From Geopsychrobacteraceae bacterium (GTDB lineage Bacteria; Desulfobacterota; Desulfuromonadia; Desulfuromonadales; Geopsychrobacteraceae), in the NCBI GenBank assembly GCA_963662315.1, contig OY759353.1, positions 1,280,001 through 1,344,000 on the forward strand: a DNA stretch of 64,000 bases. Reading direction: 5' to 3'. Both the position numbers and the translations under genes were made by a program. Positions 56,950-64,000 of this stretch are shown piece after piece (within the stretch, counting starts at the first letter, position 1; each line of letters begins with the position of its first letter). The notes below the pieces were generated by a model. It had not been told where the DNA came from, searched no databases, and saw nothing but the letters and a program-made list of their open reading frames with translations.

Positions 56950-56986
56950 AACAACACCCAACAACCTCAGGTTGTTGGGTGTTGTT
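56950..56986. terminator. 17-bp stem hairpin between the response regulator and tRNA-Leu
   Basis: AACAACACCCAACAACC-TCA-GGTTGTTGGGTGTTGTT; T-tract on the minus strand. Confidence 0.75.
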
Positions 56987-56995
56987 ATATCAAGA

Positions 56996-57082
56996 TGGTA
57001 CCCGGGACGAGACTTGAACTCGTACAGCACGAATGCCGAGGGATTTTAAGTCCCTTGCGTCTACCAATTCCGCCACCCGGGC
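56996..57082 (-). tRNA. tRNA-Leu (TAA)
   Basis: GCCCGGGTGGCGGAATTGGTAGACGCAAGGGACTTAAAATCCCTCGGCATTCGTGCTGTACGAGTTCAAGTCTCGTCCCGGGTACCA; long variable arm, CCA. Confidence 0.96.
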
Positions 57083-57149
57083 TTATAACGCAAATGTCGC
57101 GATCTGTCGCTTTTCTCACAGACCGCGACATTATAGTCATTTAAACCGA

Positions 57150-59198
57150 TTAGTCAACAGTTACAAGGTATGAAACTGAATAATTATCACCTTTGTAAGT
57201 CCAAGAAAATTTCAAGGTTCCCCTTGCTGGAGCATTCGTGTCTCCTACTGCGCTATCAGAGAGAATAAAAGTATAAATTGGAGCTCCGATTACGTTTGTA
57301 TCTAGATAATCAGTATTTGTAGTCCCTGTTAGCTTCCCTACGTCACAAGTGACCGTAATTTTAGTTCCTGAAATTGGTGGATTGTAGCGTGCATCATGCA
57401 GCGAAAAATTAATGACCTGCGATCCACCATCAGAAATATAGAGAAAACCAAGAGGAAGACCATTGGAACCGACACTTAATACAGGCTCCCCCGTATACAG
57501 GATATCAAGGTATTGAGAAATGCGTTTATTACTATCCCAAACATTATTCATACCGTCAAAAGTACCATCCTGGTTACGGTCGACAATTAGATCCTCAAAA
57601 CTTGCATCATACGGAAATCCGGCAGTCTCAGTACCATATGCGATACTTTGGGAATCATCATCCATATCGAGATGAATGTCATCATAGGTATCGTCGAAAG
57701 ATTCTCCACTATTGTACAAGCCGTCGGCATTAGAGTCCGTGAACTCCTCCTCACCGTCGACAACAGCTACCAGAGTACACAAACCGTCTCTAGGATTATT
57801 TGTATCGTCAATAACTTCATTAAAATAACTCAAATAATCAGATATTACATCTTGTTCTCTTTCGATGATAGCAGTTGACACCAAAGAAGGAACAACATCT
57901 TCAGGCATAGGTTGCTGAGTTCTAAATTGAACACTTCCTTCACCTTCAGAATCAAGATTTACTGCCCGGTCGATAGCACCACACTCACTATAGAAAGAGA
58001 CTGAAGTTCCCTCTAATACGTTAAAGTTCCCGTAACGATCTGCAATACGGGCTGTTATGCTTGCAGTGATACCAGCATAGTCAAACCCTTCAAGATTAAG
58101 CTTGGTAGTGGAAACAGAAAAGTGACCTTCAGATGGCACACCGCCTCCAATAGCAATAACGCCACTGGAGGTAGACAGCGTCGTGCCGGTAACTGTGGCA
58201 TTGATAGTAACGGTTCCCGGGATAGTTCCACTATGAAGAACAGTTGTTGCGTAGCCATTGACTGTCCCGACATCAACAGCAGTGGCACCGACTGTAGAAC
58301 CTATGTATTCGCCGCCATTAGGACCACTCAAAGTCATATGGACAGTTTGACTACCAAGAACTGGGTCGCCATTGGTATCTTTTACCAGAAACTTGACTAC
58401 AGAGGTCTCATCACCACCAGAACCCTTGATAACAACAATTTGAGGAGTGGCTGAATCGAACTCAATACTTCCCGCATCAGCCCCTGTTACAATTACGGCA
58501 ATAGTATTAGTAGCTGAACCAGAGGTCGCAGTAACAGTTGCAGTACCAGCAGTTGTTGTACCTGCAGAAAAGGTTGCTTGTGCTTGACCACTTGTCCCAG
58601 AAACCGAAGCCGAAGTAACGATCGTTCCAAGATTACTGTTATCTACGGAAAAGTTCACATTTGTACCGGATTGCATCGGGTTATTGTTACTATCCACAAC
58701 TGTAGCAGTTACAACAGATGTACCACCTACAGTAATAGTCGATGGATTAGCGACAAGAGTGATGCTGTTGGCAGCAAGAGCGTTGGATATCTCAATGGCA
58801 AGGGGATTAGAAGAAATAGAATCCTCTGCTACAGTAGCAGTTACCGTAAGAGTCCCCTCAATATTATTAGCGGCCAGAGTGGTATTCAATATGCCACTAG
58901 AGGTAGTAATGGGAGATCCAATGGCCCCAAGAGACGGCGCACTTAGTGTAAAATCAACCGTTTTACTCGACGAAATTAATTGGCCACTACTGTTTAATAA
59001 CCGAGCAGTAATAGTAACAGAATCCCCTGTTCCAATAGTCGCAGCGGCAGTAGATAACGCGATATAACTCACAGCTACAGAATCCCCCGTATTACTAGGG
59101 GTATCAGGATCATCCGAAGAGCTCGACCCACTCTGCTGCCCACAGCCAACCAACGCCACCAACATTACAACCAGAAATATTTTAATAAGCTTTACCAC
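57150..59198 (-). CDS. Ig-like (Big_1/invasin-type) domain surface lipoprotein
   Basis: GTG start behind GGGAGG; lipobox LVGC; Thr/Ser-rich repeats 'ITATV.D.N.NP..G..V.F', 'GTATVTAT'; acidic DxNxDG motifs. Confidence 0.75.
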   Translation of the reverse strand: MVKLIKIFLVVMLVALVGCGQQSGSSSSDDPDTPSNTGDSVAVSYIALSTAAATIGTGDSVTITARLLNSSGQLISSSKTVDFTLSAPSLGAIGSPITTSSGILNTTLAANNIEGTLTVTATVAEDSISSNPLAIEISNALAANSITLVANPSTITVGGTSVVTATVVDSNNNPMQSGTNVNFSVDNSNLGTIVTSASVSGTSGQAQATFSAGTTTAGTATVTATSGSATNTIAVIVTGADAGSIEFDSATPQIVVIKGSGGDETSVVKFLVKDTNGDPVLGSQTVHMTLSGPNGGEYIGSTVGATAVDVGTVNGYATTVLHSGTIPGTVTINATVTGTTLSTSSGVIAIGGGVPSEGHFSVSTTKLNLEGFDYAGITASITARIADRYGNFNVLEGTSVSFYSECGAIDRAVNLDSEGEGSVQFRTQQPMPEDVVPSLVSTAIIEREQDVISDYLSYFNEVIDDTNNPRDGLCTLVAVVDGEEEFTDSNADGLYNSGESFDDTYDDIHLDMDDDSQSIAYGTETAGFPYDASFEDLIVDRNQDGTFDGMNNVWDSNKRISQYLDILYTGEPVLSVGSNGLPLGFLYISDGGSQVINFSLHDARYNPPISGTKITVTCDVGKLTGTTNTDYLDTNVIGAPIYTFILSDSAVGDTNAPARGTLKFSWTYKGDNYSVSYLVTVD

Positions 59199-59384
59199 GA
59201 AAAACCCTCCCTTCGGTTTATATCCACCTGAAAACTTCACACATTCTAATAAAACACTATTTATAAAGCTACATAATTTTTATAATTTTAATCCTGAAAA
59301 TAAGGATTATCGTACTGTTACCTTGCAAAGATAAAAAGTTCACCTTTTACCGTCGTGAAAACGACTGTTTACAGGTTCTTGGTT

Positions 59385-60212
59385 TTAAAGAAAACTCAGT
59401 TCGGGCTTTTCATTCAGCAGTCCATGCTTACAGCTAAGAGAAAAAAACAATTCTAGCCCCTTTTGATGATCTGGACCTAGGGAGTAATCGATACCTCGCC
59501 AATAGCCAGCACAATAATCTATCTCAGTACCTGTGAAGCCAGCCTCAATTGCAAGGTTTCGTAGATCTTCCAGAGATCGGCTTAAAGCCTGATGTAATTG
59601 TCCTTTGGCTGATTCAAGCTGTGCAGCTTTCTGTTGGGCACTGTCACGGCGCACTATCCACAGGGCAAAAACAAAGGGCAGACCAGTTTTTTCATACCAC
59701 ATTTGCCCCAGATCATAAATCTGCATTCCCTCAGGCAGGCTTCGAGCCTGAGCCATAGCACGATCACCGATAAGCAGGCCAGGCTTACCGGCGGCAATCT
59801 CTGCCTCTACCGAAGCGTCAGGAATCTCATCATGGACAGTCTGGTGTCCATAATATTCGAGCAATAAAACCCTTAGCAGGTTTACTGAGGTGGCTGATTC
59901 CCTGGTTAAAGCAATTGTTCTACCGACTAGTTGCTCGGGGGGAGCAGGACTAAAAAGTAAAACACTATTGACAGGTCCGCTTGAAGAAATAGAAAAATCT
60001 GGAAGCAGGCAGTACTTGTCTGCATGCAGGGCATATTCAAAAGAAGATGACGGACTGGCATCAAGCTCCCCTAGTTGCAGCATGCGGTTTAAAGAAGAAG
60101 GGACACCTGCAACGAGGCGTCCCTTATATCCCTGATTTCTTAAGTACTGAAAAAAAGGTACACAGTTTAAATAAGAAATATATCCAAGTATCAGCTGCTC
60201 AGTAGAGGTCAT
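59385..60212 (-). CDS. mqnA: Chorismate dehydratase (futalosine menaquinone pathway)
   Basis: GYISYLNC.P, P..LN, V.SVLL, ESATS..L, LLIGD.A, DLG..W...TGLPFVFALW. Confidence 0.9.
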   Translation of the reverse strand: MTSTEQLILGYISYLNCVPFFQYLRNQGYKGRLVAGVPSSLNRMLQLGELDASPSSSFEYALHADKYCLLPDFSISSSGPVNSVLLFSPAPPEQLVGRTIALTRESATSVNLLRVLLLEYYGHQTVHDEIPDASVEAEIAAGKPGLLIGDRAMAQARSLPEGMQIYDLGQMWYEKTGLPFVFALWIVRRDSAQQKAAQLESAKGQLHQALSRSLEDLRNLAIEAGFTGTEIDYCAGYWRGIDYSLGPDHQKGLELFFSLSCKHGLLNEKPELSFL

Positions 60213-60270
60213 TACTTAACTCGTCAAATCTGGTCAGAACAAACAGCTACAATTTCCTCAACCGGTAAAG

Positions 60271-61608
60271 TTAAATTTTAGTCCGTTCAAGAAAATTGGT
60301 ATCGAAATTTCCATCGATAAACTCCTTGTTGTTCATCATTTTCTGATGAAAAGGAATCGTCGTTTTGATGCCTTCAATAATATACTCATCAAGGGCACAA
60401 GCCATACGTCTAATAGCCTCCTCTCGAGTATCCGCATGAACGATCAATTTCCCAATCATGGAATCATAGTGAGGCAATACCGTATACTGATCATACAAGG
60501 CACTTTCAACACGAATCCCCATGCCACCGGGAGTATGATAGCCAGTAATTTTCCCAGGACAGGGAGTAAACTTGACCGGATCTTCAGCGTTAATACGGCA
60601 CTCAATCGCATGCCCGTTGATTTTTATATCATCCTGCGTGTAGCGCAGAGGGATCCCCGCTGCAGAGCGAATCTGCTCTTTGATAATATCGACACCAGTT
60701 ATCATTTCTGTCACCGGATGCTCAACCTGAACCCGGGTGTTCATTTCCATAAAGTAGAAGCTGCCATCGGAATCAAGTAAATACTCGACCGTTCCGGCAC
60801 TACTGTAACCAACAGACTTGGCTGCTGCGACAGCACATGCCCCCATCTGCTCACGTTGTTCAGGGGTCAGTACCGGGCAGGGCGCCTCCTCAATAAGCTT
60901 TTGATGGCGGCGCTGGATAGAACAATCGCGTTCACCTAGGTGCACGACATTACCGTGCTTGTCACCAAGAATCTGGATTTCAACATGGCGCGGATGCTCA
61001 CAGAACTTTTCGATATAAACGTCAGCGCGACCAAACCCGGATTGCGCTTCAGCACGGGCAGTTGCCAATGCATTGGCCAGGGAACCAGGAGAATGAACGA
61101 TTTTCATGCCACGACCGCCACCACCAGCAGACGCTTTGATGATAACAGGATACCCGATTTCATCAGCAATGCGCTGTGCTTCTTCAGTAGTTTGGATACT
61201 TTCATTTGTACCGGGCAAAATCGGAACTCCCGCTGCAGTAACCGTCTGACGGGCAGTAATTTTATCGCCCATCATTCTCATGTTATCTGCAGTTGGCCCG
61301 ATGAAAGTAATTCCACACTGCTCACAGATTTCAGCAAATTCAGCATTCTCCGACAAAAAACCGTAGCCGGGGTGAATCGCATCGGCATCAGCAATCTCAG
61401 CGGCACTGATAATCGCCTTCATATTGAGGTAACTAGCCGAACTGGGTGTCGGACCAATACAGATACTCTCATCAGCAAGACTGACATGCAATGCTTCGCA
61501 ATCGGCCTCGGAATGGACGGCAACAGTCTTGATGCCCATCTCCTTGCAAGCTCTTATGATACGCACGGCGATTTCGCCACGATTCGCTATTAATATTTTA
61601 TGAAACAT
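60271..61608 (-). CDS. accC: Acetyl-CoA carboxylase biotin carboxylase subunit
   Basis: [56 protein letters not shown]. Confidence 0.97.
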   Translation of the reverse strand: MFHKILIANRGEIAVRIIRACKEMGIKTVAVHSEADCEALHVSLADESICIGPTPSSASYLNMKAIISAAEIADADAIHPGYGFLSENAEFAEICEQCGITFIGPTADNMRMMGDKITARQTVTAAGVPILPGTNESIQTTEEAQRIADEIGYPVIIKASAGGGGRGMKIVHSPGSLANALATARAEAQSGFGRADVYIEKFCEHPRHVEIQILGDKHGNVVHLGERDCSIQRRHQKLIEEAPCPVLTPEQREQMGACAVAAAKSVGYSSAGTVEYLLDSDGSFYFMEMNTRVQVEHPVTEMITGVDIIKEQIRSAAGIPLRYTQDDIKINGHAIECRINAEDPVKFTPCPGKITGYHTPGGMGIRVESALYDQYTVLPHYDSMIGKLIVHADTREEAIRRMACALDEYIIEGIKTTIPFHQKMMNNKEFIDGNFDTNFLERTKI

Positions 61609-61670
61609 GTTTCTGGACTCCTTAATGGGGTATCAGTTCAAAACCATCCGTTTTCAATAAGGAGCCGCTT

Positions 61671-62138
61671 TTACAGCTTTTCAACCAAGAAAATATTTTC
61701 GCCATACTCTACAGGATTGCCATCATCTTTCAGAATTTCTACAATACGACATTTGAACTCTGCCTCAATTTCATTAAACAATTTCATTGCTTCAATCAGG
61801 CAGATAACCTGTCCAGCTTCGATAATATCGCCTACTTTGCAGAAGGGATCAGCATCAGGAGCAGGTTTACGATAGAAAGATCCCACCATAGGCGCAGTAA
61901 TAGCGTCATAGGGGCTTGGTGATGGAGCGTCTACCTTCGCCTGCGCAGCGGCAACAGGTGCTCCCGGAGCGGCAGGAAGCGCAGCAGCCATACTGGGCAT
62001 AGGTGCCGCAATCTGAATAATCTCTTTATCGGGTCCACGCTTGATATGTATTTTATCATCACCGTTTTCAAGCTTAAACTCGGTGATATCAGTGTCGGTA
62101 ATGGTTTTTATTAAAGTTTTAAGATCTTTAAGGTCCAT
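61671..62138 (-). CDS. accB: Acetyl-CoA carboxylase biotin carboxyl carrier protein
   Basis: Ala/Pro linker, APMVGSFY, EAMK biotinylation motif. Confidence 0.96.
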   Translation of the reverse strand: MDLKDLKTLIKTITDTDITEFKLENGDDKIHIKRGPDKEIIQIAAPMPSMAAALPAAPGAPVAAAQAKVDAPSPSPYDAITAPMVGSFYRKPAPDADPFCKVGDIIEAGQVICLIEAMKLFNEIEAEFKCRIVEILKDDGNPVEYGENIFLVEKL

Positions 62139-62277
62139 GTCGTCCTCCTGACCATTTAGGCGAATGTTTAATGTGCACTAATCAATAAAAATGTCCCGGT
62201 TTATAAGGTCCGGCTTAGATAAAACCAGTTAAGAATTGACAATTATCTGCGCAATATCTCATGCAGAAACGAATTGA

Positions 62278-63357
62278 TCAACAACCCGCCTGGCGGAACA
62301 GTTTAGGGATACGGGTTAGCAATTCATACCCTGATGCAGTAACAATTACACTGTCCTCAATTCTGACCCCACCAAGATTAGGAATATAAATACCTGGTTC
62401 TATGGTAATAATCATCCCTTCCTGTAAACTTTCTGTCGACCTTGATGATACAGATGGAAATTCATGAATATCAAGACCGACACCATGCCCCAAGCCATGA
62501 CCAAAAAACTCACCATAGCCTTGTTCTTTGATATAATCCCTGGCAATCTGATCAAGTGTAGCAATTTTGATTCCAGCCTTGACTTCACGTAAAGCGGAAT
62601 CATGAGCTTCTAGCACAATATCAAAAATTTGTCGAAGCTTTCCTTCAACATTACCGACAGCAACGGTTACCGTTTCATCCGAACAGTAACCACCAACCCT
62701 TGTCCCAAAATCGATAGTAACCAGCTCACCATCCTTAATAATTTTATCGCTGGCAACTCCATGAGGTAAGGCACCGCGATCTCCGGAAGCAACAATGAAA
62801 TCAAAGGAATTTTCTTCTCCGCCTAACCGTTTCAAGGTGAATTCAAGCTCAAGAGCGATAGCCTTCTCACTTACGCCTGGAACGATCTTGGGTAAAACGG
62901 CTTCAAACGCCTGGCGATTAAGATCAGCCGCTTGCTTCAGGAAGAATATTTCATCGCTGTCCTTACAGGCACGCAGCGCTTCAAGTTCTGCACCACAAGG
63001 AACCAGTTCAGTCTCGGAAGCAATTAGCCCTTTTAGTTTATCAAACAGCGCAACACTGATTGCATCAGCATCAAATCCGGCGCGAGCGAGGCGTAATGAA
63101 GCAAGCTCATCGGCGACCGCCTGAAGTTTGTTGCTATAGCAAACAACACGATCAGCAATAACCTGATTTTGGGCCTGAGTAGTGTAACGGGAATCGGTTA
63201 GAAATATCGTTTCTGAAGAGGTACATATAAAAACGCCATCGGTTCCGGAAAAACCGGAGAGATAACGCACATTGGTCATTCCAAAAAAAATAAGAGCAGC
63301 AAGTTGACGCTCTTCCAGAATGTGACGTACCGCAACGTGCCGATTAAAATAGTTCAT
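62278..63357 (-). CDS. Xaa-Pro aminopeptidase (M24 family)
   Basis: YLSGFSG, DSRY, SFDFIVASG..ALPHG, IDFG, Y.SDET, HGLGHGVG.DIHE, EPGIY, GVRIED. Confidence 0.93.
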   Translation of the reverse strand: MNYFNRHVAVRHILEERQLAALIFFGMTNVRYLSGFSGTDGVFICTSSETIFLTDSRYTTQAQNQVIADRVVCYSNKLQAVADELASLRLARAGFDADAISVALFDKLKGLIASETELVPCGAELEALRACKDSDEIFFLKQAADLNRQAFEAVLPKIVPGVSEKAIALELEFTLKRLGGEENSFDFIVASGDRGALPHGVASDKIIKDGELVTIDFGTRVGGYCSDETVTVAVGNVEGKLRQIFDIVLEAHDSALREVKAGIKIATLDQIARDYIKEQGYGEFFGHGLGHGVGLDIHEFPSVSSRSTESLQEGMIITIEPGIYIPNLGGVRIEDSVIVTASGYELLTRIPKLFRQAGC

Positions 63358-63453
63358 ATAATTACTGTTTCAGGTTAATAATGGATTAGCTGTACTTACA
63401 AATAACCAACCTAGCGTTCAAAAAAATCAAAAGGCTAAATCAAAGGCTAGCCA

Positions 63454-63810
63454 TCAAAGTTCCGCTCGCAATGCCGGTGCTTCACGCAGGAGCAGATAAC
63501 GCCCTTTTCCGAAATTGCCATTGCGATCAAGAATCAGTGCGACAAAATATTCTTCCGTCACAACATGCAAAATTATAAAAAACCTGTCAGTTTTAATAGA
63601 TACTTCAGAAAGATCGCCCAAACTCAGAATTTCGGCAGCACGACTGATTTCCTTTGAAATATTACTATATTCTATTCCCACTAGGTTAATATCAACGGGA
63701 ACATCCTCAGCCAGAAATTGGTCAATGGCAATCCCATCAAATCCCATCAGGACAGCCCCCAGACCACCGGAGCATTGACTGACAATCTTTTCGAGAACCT
63801 GCTTAAACAT
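63454..63810 (-). CDS. Roadblock/LC7 (MglB-like) domain protein
   Basis: 'GGLGAVLMGFDGIAID', 'GNFGKGRYLL'; AGGAGG RBS. Confidence 0.8.
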   Translation of the reverse strand: MFKQVLEKIVSQCSGGLGAVLMGFDGIAIDQFLAEDVPVDINLVGIEYSNISKEISRAAEILSLGDLSEVSIKTDRFFIILHVVTEEYFVALILDRNGNFGKGRYLLLREAPALRAEL

Positions 63811-64000
63811 GTTCCCTCCTTTTAGCAATATTAGATAATAATCGGTTTAACTCAGCAAGGACGGTACTGTCATCAAATTCAGTCACACTCACAGGGACCT
63901 GCGTCAAAGAAGCATCAGCACAGGTTTGCGTTGCCGGACGATCATACTGCACATCAACAGATTCGCCAGCCAGGATATCATCAACGGCATCAGCAGCGAA
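63803..64000 (-). CDS. C-terminal end of an upstream protein (5' part outside window; possibly a TPR protein)
   Basis: Open frame ...STVLAELNRLLSNIAKRREHV* overlapping the roadblock start. Confidence 0.55.
   Translation of the reverse strand, partial: FAADAVDDILAGESVDVQYDRPATQTCADASLTQVPVSVTEFDDSTVLAELNRLLSNIAKRREHV

Noticed and set aside
875..63778. Many 60-240 aa ORFs in the track that overlap called genes (e.g. 28320-29042, 29223-29807, 60940-61593)
   Set aside because: Antisense or alternate-frame shadows of well-supported genes with no recognisable motifs
1..64000. CRISPR arrays, IS elements, prophage genes, rRNA
   Set aside because: No repeat-spacer periodicity, transposase, phage structural gene or rRNA sequence recognised by eye

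Overview
This looks like core chromosome from an anaerobic deltaproteobacterium, most likely Desulfuromonadales/Geobacter-like. That is an inference from tandem succinyl-CoA:acetate CoA-transferases, futalosine-pathway mqnA, sigma54-driven lpxC and the roadblock-pepP-accBC order. From left to right: partial pheA, a PLP aminotransferase, a COG3014 lipoprotein plus LpoB-like pair, rlmKL, an M16 peptidase, tRNA-Pro(TGG) followed by a structured element that repeats the tRNA 3' end, terB-mnmM-mlaA-mlaC, bamD, a CLC-F type fluoride exporter and two tandem CoA-transferases. Next is a 16-gene MSHA-type type IV pilus operon (19.5-36.7 kb, minus strand) with a sigma54 promoter and a probable CTG start. 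After it come a peroxiredoxin, xerC, several small enzymes and yebC-ruvCAB, then a 763-aa protein that looks like a catalytically dead Type IIG restriction-modification enzyme. The window ends with queH, a phasin-like/UbiB pair behind a structured leader, lpxC with a sigma54 promoter next to an NtrY/NtrX-like system, tRNA-Leu(TAA), an AT-rich Ig-domain lipoprotein, mqnA, accC, accB, an Xaa-Pro peptidase and a roadblock protein. No CRISPR array, IS or prophage was seen. All calls come from reading motifs by eye; no database searches were run.
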